A stretch of 48,441 nt of DNA from Clostridia bacterium (GCA_030590175.1 JAUUZE010000001.1:1-48441), one strand, 5' to 3'. Shown: positions 18,541 through 24,892, counted from the first letter of the stretch. The notes: a model not told the origin generated them from the sequence alone. Program-made: numbers and translations.

Positions 18541-18717
18541 TTATTTATTATCCTTTTTTTGAAACTTCAAGGCTCTTGGCAAAGTTATAAAGAAAAAAGT
18601 TACTATAACTGTGAACAGGACAAATATAGATGTCCACGCCTCACAACTATGCGGAATATAATACCAGATACTTCCAAAAAAACTCACTAGATAGCTACAA
18701 ATTTCCTTATCTTCCAA
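18541..18717 (-). CDS. Unannotated holin-like small membrane protein (58 aa, two hydrophobic segments)
   Basis: My translation: (TTG)EDKEICSYLVSFFGSIWYYIPHSCEAWTSIFVLFTVIVTFFFITLPRALKFQKKDNK. GGAG lies 6 nt upstream, and the ORF sits just upstream of the amidase gene. Confidence 0.45.
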   Translation of the reverse strand: MEDKEICSYLVSFFGSIWYYIPHSCEAWTSIFVLFTVIVTFFFITLPRALKFQKKDNK

Positions 18718-18726
18718 AGTAATCTC

Positions 18727-19248
18727 CTATTCAGAAATATCAAATTCAGCGTCAACAACATCACTATTATCACGAGCTCTATTTTTCATCTCTTCAATAT
18801 CTTTATCTGTGAAATAATTATGATTTTCACTTAAGACTTTCTTAACTGGCGAAAACCCAGCTCGATCAAGATTACTTTCAGCAACCTTAGCCCGGAGATT
18901 AATACCAGCTTTCTTACCATCACCAGTTCCAGCAATAATATCATTAAGCAAATTAAGACTCTTTGGAGCCATTCTCATTATATCTCTGGAAATCTCAATA
19001 GCATTAACATCTCTGGCTGCCACCATCAGGGCAAGTCGTTCTTGAACAGCAGGAGAATTACGAATACTTGAGACATGTTCTTGAGTAATCCCCATTCGCT
19101 TAGCAATCTCAATATTTTTATAGCCAAGCATAATATAGCGCATTACTTCATGATGCATTTCCCAAAGCTTGCCAACCTGCCAAGTCTTGTTTCCGGTTTT
19201 ACGAAGATCATTACCACGCCCAGGATTGCTATACTTTTCAATTGTCAT
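18727..19248 (-). CDS. HTH DNA-binding protein (LuxR / sigma-70 region-4-like), first gene of the leftward arm
   Basis: YKNIEIAKRMGITQEHVSSIRN is a helix-turn-helix. I shortened the track ORF (to 19311) to the ATG at 19248, because the TTG at 19311 is part of a consensus -35 hexamer. Confidence 0.6.
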   Translation of the reverse strand: MTIEKYSNPGRGNDLRKTGNKTWQVGKLWEMHHEVMRYIMLGYKNIEIAKRMGITQEHVSSIRNSPAVQERLALMVAARDVNAIEISRDIMRMAPKSLNLLNDIIAGTGDGKKAGINLRAKVAESNLDRAGFSPVKKVLSENHNYFTDKDIEEMKNRARDNSDVVDAEFDISE

Positions 19249-19282
19249 AATATTATGTTCTCCAATTGTTATTCTACATATT

Positions 19283-19311
19283 ATTATAACACACGGTAAT
19301 ACCCTTGTCAA
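19283..19311 (-). promoter_or_regulatory. Consensus sigma70-type promoter, leftward (TTGACA-17-TATAAT)
   Basis: The minus strand reads TTGACA (19311-19306), then a 17-nt spacer, then TATAAT (19288-19283). Confidence 0.75.
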
Positions 19312-19366
19312 CGATAAAATTCCATAAAATTTAAACAGCGATTATTACCCACTGGCTAAACCCCGC

Positions 19367-19387
19367 TTTGATGATTAAATCATCAAA
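19367..19387. repeat. Conserved palindrome copy 8 (centre TAA)
   Basis: Perfect core about 55 bp upstream of the leftward -35 element. Confidence 0.95.
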
Positions 19388-19420
19388 GGGAATCCAATCA
19401 CAGCTACAACTTGGCTTATG

Positions 19421-19466
19421 ATTCAAACCGGATCAGGATTCGAGCCGGATCAGGATTCGAGCCGGA
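19421..19466. repeat. 17-bp tandem repeat (CCGGATCAGGATTCGAG, about 2.7 copies), GC-rich
   Basis: Units at 19428-19444 and 19445-19461 are identical, with partial units on both sides. Confidence 0.9.
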
Positions 19467-19484
19467 CGCCAAGATCATTATAGT

Positions 19485-19520
19485 GCTCGCGCCCCACCTG
19501 CTCGCGCCCCACCTGCTCGC
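19485..19520. repeat. 15-bp tandem repeat (GCTCGCGCCCCACCT x2 plus a partial unit), GC-rich
   Basis: Units at 19485-19499 and 19500-19514 are identical. Confidence 0.9.
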
Positions 19521-19662
19521 TCAATCGTGCCAGGGCACAGGGATTTGATTTACACAAATATGTTGGAGGTTTAGAATTATATAAAAATTCTACAGAGTCT
19601 TAATATATCATACCATAACTAAAAATTCCCCCATCGAGAATAATATCTATATAAAAATAAAT

Positions 19663-19690
19663 TTGACAAATGTTTTTTTTCTGTTATGAT
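19663..19690 (+). promoter_or_regulatory. Sigma70-type promoter, rightward early (TTGACA-16-TATGAT)
   Basis: TTGACA at 19663-19668 and TATGAT at 19685-19690. An upstream ATAAAAATAAA tract is shared with the other rightward promoters. Confidence 0.7.
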
Positions 19691-19879
19691 GTAATCAAAT
19701 GTCAAACAGTTCTTTTACATAACACAATATTTAATATTGTGCCCTTTGTGGAAACAAGCATATCAGGGCTAGACATTGATATAGCTAGGACTGCTCAATG
19801 CACAAAGGTTATTAAGGGTCATTATAATTATAATGATTATAAACTCTAATATGGACAGGATCCATAAAGGAGAATAATT

Positions 19880-20287
19880 ATGATAAGAAAAATGAATCAG
19901 ATACATATTGGTGGCGACAAGGTTGACAATCCTTGTCACGTGGATATAGAACTTGATTGTGAAGGTGTTACCCTAGACCAGGCGTTGGATATGCTTTGTG
20001 CAGCGAGCAGTCCCAGGGTCAAAGCACAAGCCCGACTACGAGATATGCCAGCAGTTGAGTTAGCGGAAAAGGCTAAAAACGGCTGGAAAGTCAAGCTTGG
20101 TGATTTGTACACTAGACAAGCCCACACGACAAAGGTTATCAAGATCAATACCCTGGATGATGCACTGGCAACATTCAGCGAGCGAGACGAGTTCATCAGT
20201 AAGTGTTTGGAAGCCTGGGGTGATATAGGAAGTAAAGAACAGTTCAATAAAATCTATGATCGATATCATTCAAATGAAATAGAATAA
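19880..20287 (+). CDS. First early protein (135 aa), unknown function, locally GC-rich
   Basis: ORF track entry with a strong SD (AAAGGAG) 7 nt upstream. Its GC content is visibly higher than the rest of the phage. Confidence 0.7.
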   Translation: MIRKMNQIHIGGDKVDNPCHVDIELDCEGVTLDQALDMLCAASSPRVKAQARLRDMPAVELAEKAKNGWKVKLGDLYTRQAHTTKVIKINTLDDALATFSERDEFISKCLEAWGDIGSKEQFNKIYDRYHSNEIE

Positions 20288-20337
20288 CCAACAAATAACT
20301 AACAAATAATCATCCTGTTCATAATAGAGTTTATAAT

Positions 20338-20415
20338 CCACTTTAATGATCCACTTTAATGATCGGGTTTAATGATCCACTTTAATGATCGGGTTTAATG
20401 ATCGCCTTTGATGAT
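20338..20415. repeat. Six tandem 13-bp units (NNNNTTTAATGAT x5, then CGCCTTTGATGAT, which is the left arm of palindrome copy 9)
   Basis: Units start at 20338, 20351, 20364, 20377, 20390 and 20403. The prefix alternates CCAC/CGGG. Confidence 0.9.
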
Positions 20416-20427
20416 TAAATCATCAAA
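20407..20427. repeat. Conserved palindrome copy 9 (centre TAA)
   Basis: Perfect core. First member of a doublet with 37-bp spacing. Confidence 0.95.
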
Positions 20428-20443
20428 GCAAATCATAATCGCC

Positions 20444-20464
20444 TTTGATGATTTAATCATCAAA
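20444..20464. repeat. Conserved palindrome copy 10 (centre TTA)
   Basis: Perfect core. Second member of the doublet. Confidence 0.95.
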
Positions 20465-20493
20465 GGGGTTTAAACCAAACAGGAGTAATAATC

Positions 20494-20625
20494 ATGTCAT
20501 TTAAAGATATGTGTTATGCTAGACAAAAGTATTTTGCCCAGCAAAAGCGGATTCATAGAATACGGATATTTAGTAAAGTTATCCAGATCATAATCGGTAT
20601 AGTTCTTATGTATGTTTGTATATAA
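20494..20625 (+). CDS. Unannotated small ORF (43 aa) with a hydrophobic C-terminus (MSFKDMCYARQKYFAQQKRIHRIRIFSKVIQIIIGIVLMYVCI)
   Basis: My translation. AGGAG lies 8 nt upstream of ATG 20494. It falls below the ORF-track cut-off. Confidence 0.4.
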   Translation: MSFKDMCYARQKYFAQQKRIHRIRIFSKVIQIIIGIVLMYVCI

Positions 20626-20641
20626 ATTAGATAATTGATGT

Positions 20642-20695
20642 AACCGTTTTAACCGTTTTAACCGTTTTAACCGCATTAACCACATGAACCGGGGT
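20642..20695. repeat. Six 9-bp-phased units starting with AACCG (AACCGTTTT x3, AACCGCATT, AACCACATG, AACCGGGGT)
   Basis: Read directly from the sequence, with exact 9-bp periodicity. Confidence 0.9.
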
Positions 20696-20725
20696 AGGGC
20701 TTCCCTCATGGGCGGGCTGGTAGGT

Positions 20726-20761
20726 GGTTATGATGGTTATGATGGTTATGATGGTTATGAT
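20726..20761. repeat. 9-bp tandem repeat GGTTATGAT x4, followed by a TG-rich run and an A10 tract
   Basis: Four identical units. GTGTGTGTGT follows at 20773-20782 and an A-run at about 20790-20799. Confidence 0.9.
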
Positions 20762-20926
20762 GGGTAGTTGTTGTGTGTGTGTAGTGTATAAAAAAAAAAT
20801 TTAAAGATTCTAGAAACAAATACAAAACTAAATATAAACAACTAAACAAACACAGATACTATATATAAGAGTTATGGAGCAGGTTAATCATAACCATATT
20901 GGCATCGTTGGAGGGAAGGGCTGGGG

Positions 20927-20980
20927 CGGTTAATCTGGTGCATGCGGTTAATCCGGTTAATCCGGTTCATCCGGTTCGGG
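20927..20980. repeat. Six 9-bp-phased units, five starting with CGGTT (reverse complement of AACCG): CGGTTAATC x3, CGGTTCATC, CGGTTCGGG, plus one degenerate unit
   Basis: Units start at 20927, (20936 degenerate), 20945, 20954, 20963 and 20972. The orientation is inverted relative to 20642-20695. Confidence 0.85.
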
Positions 20981-21020
20981 CGCAAGCACTATAATAATAT
21001 TACTAATGAGCCTTCAGCGA

Positions 21021-21060
21021 ATCAAATCGAATCAAATTAGATCAAATTAGATCAAAATAA
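21021..21060. repeat. 10-bp tandem repeat (ATCAAATNNA x4) immediately upstream of the promoter at 21084
   Basis: The four units are ATCAAATCGA, ATCAAATTAG, ATCAAATTAG and ATCAAAATAA. Confidence 0.85.
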
Positions 21061-21083
21061 TTATCAATAGATAAAAATAATGG

Positions 21084-21112
21084 TTGACATGATGATTATT
21101 TTATGGTATTGT
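21084..21112 (+). promoter_or_regulatory. Sigma70-type promoter, rightward (TTGACA-17-TATTGT with an extended -10 TGG)
   Basis: TTGACA at 21084-21089 and TGG-TATTGT at 21104-21112. The ATAAAAATAA tract lies upstream. Confidence 0.6.
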
Positions 21113-21145
21113 TGTGGAAAGTGAATGATAATAATAACGATCCGC

Positions 21146-21166
21146 TATGATGATTTAATCATCAAA
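21146..21166. repeat. Conserved palindrome copy 11 (variant TATGATGAT-TTA-ATCATCAAA)
   Basis: Stem extended by ATCCGC/GCGGAT (21140-21172). It lies in the predicted leader of the 21084 promoter, 41 nt before the ATG at 21208. Confidence 0.95.
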
Positions 21167-21207
21167 GCGGATTATAAAATAAATTTAAACTATGAAAGGG
21201 GAAAATT

Positions 21208-21399
21208 ATGAAAATGCGTTTATTGATTATAGATAATGATTATTATTTTAACTGGGAATTAAGTACTCAAGGAATAATAATTGCAAAAGATTGGGATTAT
21301 TCAACGGCTGAAAAAGCTGAAAAAGCTGCAAAAAATGTTGCTAAACAATTAAATATTACCATAAGTAAGTGTACATATCATAATACAAAAGATGAATAA
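21208..21399 (+). CDS. Early hypothetical protein (63 aa)
   Basis: ORF track entry with SD AAAGGGGA. Confidence 0.6.
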   Translation: MKMRLLIIDNDYYFNWELSTQGIIIAKDWDYSTAEKAEKAAKNVAKQLNITISKCTYHNTKDE

Positions 21400-21421
21400 A
21401 TTTAAATTATGAAAGGAATAG

Positions 21422-21637
21422 ATGAAAAGGAAAATAATCATGAAAGAACAAGCAGAAACTCACCAAAGAGGTGCACTACTTGTAGAAGAACTTGATAAAA
21501 ATTATGATTTTAAGAATTGTGACTTTGGACTACAAATTGCAAAAGACGGTAGAATCTGGGTTTGCATAGATGGGCGGGCATTCTTGAGATTTTTGCCTAA
21601 AAAGAATTATGATAAAATAAAGGAAAGTCATGATTAA
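21422..21637 (+). CDS. Early hypothetical protein (71 aa; alternative start at 21440)
   Basis: ORF track entry. Both ATGs have SD-like purine runs upstream. Confidence 0.6.
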   Translation: MKRKIIMKEQAETHQRGALLVEELDKNYDFKNCDFGLQIAKDGRIWVCIDGRAFLRFLPKKNYDKIKESHD

Positions 21638-21833
21638 AATAAATAAGCTTCATAAAAATCTAATGGATAAGTTTGAAAAAGATCTAATGGATAAGTTTGA
21701 AAAAGATCTAGTAGAACTATTAAACAAACATGAAATTGAAGATAAATGTCATATGCCTAATAAGATTCTTGCTAATACAATTGTTGATTTTATAGATATT
21801 ATTGGAAAAGTTACCAAGAGGAATCTTGATTAG
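21630..21833 (+). CDS. Early hypothetical protein (67 aa) containing an in-frame 24-bp tandem duplication (21661-21708)
   Basis: ORF track entry. LMDKFEKD occurs twice, encoded by two identical 24-nt units. Confidence 0.6.
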   Translation: MIKINKLHKNLMDKFEKDLMDKFEKDLVELLNKHEIEDKCHMPNKILANTIVDFIDIIGKVTKRNLD

Positions 21834-21881
21834 CAGTTAATAAATAAATAGTTATTTAACTTATATTAAAAGGAAAATATT

Positions 21882-22076
21882 ATGACTAAAAAAGAATTAC
21901 TAAAAGCTTTAGAAAATTGGCCTGATGATGCTGTGATAGAATTTTCAGTAACAACAGATTTAGATGATTCTGAAGAGCCAGACACTGTATGGTATAGAAT
22001 AGATAGTGTTGAACAGATTCGAAATGAATGCTGGCTTAATAATCACTGTTTACTTTATGCTGGTAAACATCTATAA
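21882..22076 (+). CDS. Early hypothetical protein (64 aa)
   Basis: ORF track entry with SD AAAGGAAA. Confidence 0.6.
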   Translation: MTKKELLKALENWPDDAVIEFSVTTDLDDSEEPDTVWYRIDSVEQIRNECWLNNHCLLYAGKHL

Positions 22077-22094
22077 AATAATGAGGAAAATATT

Positions 22095-22451
22095 ATGAAC
22101 TCAATCTATTTAAAAACTCTTTTAAAAGGAAAAAAAGAATTAGAAGATACTCTTGAAGCTATTACAGAAGAAATAATAGAATATGTAAAAGATCTTGATA
22201 AAATGAAGACGGAAAAAATTGAACATCATGTAGTAAAAATTATAACTAAGATTGATATAAAAAAGAAAAAGAAAATAGTTTATGAAACAAATTTATTAGA
22301 TCTTAAAAAAGCAATAGAATTTAGAACTTGGTTTAGCGAGAAAATTAGTACAGAATTTGAAATGTGCCGGCATGAACATAGATATTATTTTATACTATTT
22401 GAACTATCACAAAAAGAGGTTATGAAAATAAATAGATATTTTAAAGATTAA
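22095..22451 (+). CDS. Early hypothetical protein (118 aa)
   Basis: ORF track entry with SD GAGGAAA. Confidence 0.6.
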   Translation: MNSIYLKTLLKGKKELEDTLEAITEEIIEYVKDLDKMKTEKIEHHVVKIITKIDIKKKKKIVYETNLLDLKKAIEFRTWFSEKISTEFEMCRHEHRYYFILFELSQKEVMKINRYFKD

Positions 22452-22464
22452 GAAAGGAAAGAAA

Positions 22465-23250
22465 ATGAAAAAAAACTGGAAAAAAATTGTGAAAAATTCA
22501 CAAAACTTAGAGCATGCTAATTTAAATTATGCTGACTTGAGTGGTACTGATTTACGTCATATTAGTTTACATCATATTAGTTTACGTCATGCTGATTTAC
22601 GTTATGCTAATTTACGTGGTACTGATTTATATTATGCTGATTTATATTATGCTAATTTAGAATATGCTAATTTATATTATGCTAATTTACAAGATGTTAT
22701 TTTAGAGCATGCTAATTTAAGTAACACTATTTTACAACATACTAATTTAGAACATACTAATTTAAATAATGCTAATTTAAGTAACGCTAATTTACGTTAT
22801 GCTAGTTTAATTGATGCTAGTTTAATTGATACTAATTTAGATTATGCTAATTTAGAATATGCTAATTTAGACGGTGCTAATTTAGATGGCGCTAATTTAA
22901 ATAGAATTAAATATAATTATGCTACTTCAGGTATCCATCCAGCACCAGAAGGAAGTTTGATTGGCTGGGGTAAGAAAAATGGTGTAATTGTAAAACTACT
23001 TATACCGGCTAATGCTAAACGGTCATGTGCTACAACCAGGAAGCATAGAGCTGAGTATGCAATTTGTCTTAAAGTTGAAGGAGCTTATAAAGTTATAGTT
23101 GAAAATTCTATTGCAAATGTAACAACTACTTATGCTCCTGGCAAAATAGTTCGCTGTCACAAGTGGGACATGAATCGTTGGAAAGAATGTTCTGGCGGGA
23201 TACATTTTTTCTTAACACGAGAAGAAGCAAAAAATTGGCAAGTGATATAA
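22465..23250 (+). CDS. Pentapeptide-repeat protein with a conserved Cys-containing C-terminal domain (paralog 1)
   Basis: About 25 consecutive A(D/N)L.. pentapeptides (ANLNYADLSGTDLRH...), followed by a C-terminus ending GIHFFLTREEAKNW. Confidence 0.85.
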   Translation: MKKNWKKIVKNSQNLEHANLNYADLSGTDLRHISLHHISLRHADLRYANLRGTDLYYADLYYANLEYANLYYANLQDVILEHANLSNTILQHTNLEHTNLNNANLSNANLRYASLIDASLIDTNLDYANLEYANLDGANLDGANLNRIKYNYATSGIHPAPEGSLIGWGKKNGVIVKLLIPANAKRSCATTRKHRAEYAICLKVEGAYKVIVENSIANVTTTYAPGKIVRCHKWDMNRWKECSGGIHFFLTREEAKNWQVI

Positions 23251-23264
23251 ATTAAACGATCCGC

Positions 23265-23285
23265 TTTGATGATTTAATCATCAAA
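23265..23285. repeat. Conserved palindrome copy 12 (centre TTA)
   Basis: Perfect core between the two pentapeptide paralogs. Confidence 0.95.
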
Positions 23286-23308
23286 GGAAATTATGCGAAA
23301 GGAAAATA

Positions 23309-24007
23309 ATGAAAGAAAAATATAAAGAAACTATAAAATATAAAGAAACTATAAAATATGAAGAAACTATAAAAGATTATCAAGAATGGTTAAATAATTC
23401 AGATTTAAATAAACCTAGTTTACATCACGCTGATTTAAGTAATACTGATTTACATCATATTAGTTTACGTCATGCTGATTTAAGTTATGCTAATTTATAT
23501 TATACTGATTTAAGTTATGCTAATTTACGTTGTACTAATTTAAGTTATGCTATTTTAAATAATACTAATTTACATCATACTGATTTAAGTTGTGCAGATT
23601 TATGCGGTGCAGATTTATGTGGTGCTAATTTGAGTAATGCTGATTTACGGCATGCTAATTTAGGTGATATTAAATATAATTATTTAACTATAGGTATCCA
23701 TCCAGCTCCTGAAGGAATACTAACTGGCTGGGGAAAGAAAAATAAAAGACTTGTAGAATTACTAATTCCTGCTAATGCAAAAAGATCATGTGCTACAACT
23801 AGAAAACATCGAGCAGAATATGCAATCTGCACTAAAATTGAGGGAGCTGATAAAGTTACGGTTGAAAACTCTCATACAAAAGAACTAACTATTTATGCTA
23901 TTGGCAAAACAGTTTATTGTCATAAATGGGATCCAGACAGATGGAATGAATGTTCTGGTGGGATACATTTTTTTCTAACTAGAAAAGAAGCAATAGAATG
24001 GATGTAG
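23309..24007 (+). CDS. Pentapeptide-repeat protein with the same C-terminal domain (paralog 2)
   Basis: Pentapeptide repeats plus a C-terminus alignable by eye with 22465..23250 (IHPAPEG..GWGKKN...LLIPANAKRSCATTRKHRAEYAIC...CHKWD..RW.ECSGGIHFFLTR.EA). It has an N-terminal KETIKY x3 from 18-bp repeats at 23324-23377. Confidence 0.85.
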   Translation: MKEKYKETIKYKETIKYEETIKDYQEWLNNSDLNKPSLHHADLSNTDLHHISLRHADLSYANLYYTDLSYANLRCTNLSYAILNNTNLHHTDLSCADLCGADLCGANLSNADLRHANLGDIKYNYLTIGIHPAPEGILTGWGKKNKRLVELLIPANAKRSCATTRKHRAEYAICTKIEGADKVTVENSHTKELTIYAIGKTVYCHKWDPDRWNECSGGIHFFLTRKEAIEWM

Positions 24008-24027
24008 ATATAAATTGAAACAATCGC

Positions 24028-24048
24028 TTTGATGATTTAATCATCAAA
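24028..24048. repeat. Conserved palindrome copy 13 (centre TTA)
   Basis: Perfect core, 20 nt after the stop at 24007 and 30 nt before the ATG at 24079. Confidence 0.95.
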
Positions 24049-24078
24049 GGGTGGTTATTATAACTAAGGAAAGAAAAA

Positions 24079-24342
24079 ATGTATGAAAGAAAATCAAATA
24101 TTAGAATAATGCAGACACAAATAACGCCACAAATAAGAATATCAACTGCTGGTATCTTTTGTCATGAGGGATGGGGAAAATGGTTTCAATATGAAACTTG
24201 GTGTTTCTCAGATGATTCGAAACAAAAAACTTTCCAAGTTATACATGGCACAGCTTCTTCTATTAATCAATATTATCTAAAAAAAGCAATAAAGATTCAT
24301 CGTTATATTTCAAATAATTTACAAATTAAGTATAATAAGTAA
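24079..24342 (+). CDS. Early hypothetical protein (87 aa)
   Basis: ORF track entry with an SD present. Confidence 0.6.
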   Translation: MYERKSNIRIMQTQITPQIRISTAGIFCHEGWGKWFQYETWCFSDDSKQKTFQVIHGTASSINQYYLKKAIKIHRYISNNLQIKYNK

Positions 24343-24395
24343 ATTTAACTAATAAATAGCATTTGCTAAAACTAAACTAAAACTGGAGACTAACT

Positions 24396-24584
24396 ATGGA
24401 TAAGAATACTGAAATAATTTTAAGTGCTTTAATTAAAAGAGATATTAAACAACTACTTAAAAACAAAACTTTTAGAGATATTATGTTTCGACTCTATGAG
24501 CAAGATATAGATAAAATTATATCACGAAAAAAAGAATTAGAACGAGAAGAATTAACTACAGTATGTAATATGAAAGGAAATTAA
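24396..24584 (+). CDS. Early hypothetical protein (62 aa)
   Basis: ORF track entry with SD TGGAGA. Confidence 0.55.
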   Translation: MDKNTEIILSALIKRDIKQLLKNKTFRDIMFRLYEQDIDKIISRKKELEREELTTVCNMKGN

Positions 24585-24588
24585 TCTT

Positions 24589-24828
24589 ATGAAAATATGT
24601 CAAAAATCTAAATGCACTCAGATGGCTTTTGGTAATATAGATCATTCTAAATCAATTCCAATAGAATATTGGTCTAAATTACATCAAAAATGTATATATA
24701 AAAATATCTTTCCAACTATTGAAAATTCAGAAACTTTATGCTATTACCATAAAAAAGAAAAGTATTTTCTTGATAATGCTAAAAAGATTGCAATAGAACA
24801 GCAGATGAAAAGAAATCAAGAGAATTAA
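24589..24828 (+). CDS. Early hypothetical protein (79 aa), Cys/His-containing
   Basis: ORF track entry with CQKSKC...CYYH spacing that could form a zinc ribbon. Confidence 0.55.
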   Translation: MKICQKSKCTQMAFGNIDHSKSIPIEYWSKLHQKCIYKNIFPTIENSETLCYYHKKEKYFLDNAKKIAIEQQMKRNQEN

Positions 24829-24846
24829 AAATAACAAATAATCTCC

Positions 24847-24867
24847 TTTGATGATTTAATCATCAAA
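24847..24867. repeat. Conserved palindrome copy 14 (centre TTA)
   Basis: Perfect core with a TCC/GGA stem extension, 25 nt before the ATG at 24893. Confidence 0.95.
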
Positions 24868-24892
24868 GGACGATTATTATTAAAGGAATATT

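Noticed and set aside
19249-19311. N-terminal 21-aa extension of the HTH gene in the ORF track (start at 19311)
   Set aside because: That TTG start is part of the -35 hexamer of a perfect TTGACA-17-TATAAT promoter, and the extension contains the -10. The ATG at 19248, with an upstream GGAG, is the plausible start.
20497-20709. Track ORF on the minus strand (…LMRLKRLKRLKRLHQL…)
   Set aside because: The LKR repeat is simply the translation of the 9-bp AACCGTTTT array. The ORF is antisense to a better small ORF with an SD and lies in the non-coding control region.
20768-20800. The TG microsatellite and A10 tract considered as independent features
   Set aside because: They are short and lie within the larger repeat-rich candidate origin. 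They are better treated as part of that region's AT-rich, bendable core.
19400-21010. Possible tRNA or other small RNA gene in the GC-rich patches (for example GGTTCGGGCGC near 20974)
   Set aside because: I could not fold any cloverleaf with acceptor, D, anticodon and T arms. The GC-rich patches are fully explained by short tandem repeats.
22500-23650. Strong 15-bp DNA periodicity (GCTAATTTA / GCTGATTTA units) that at first looks like a repeat array
   Set aside because: It is the nucleotide image of the pentapeptide (5-codon) repeats inside two long, well-supported ORFs. It is not a non-coding or CRISPR-like array.
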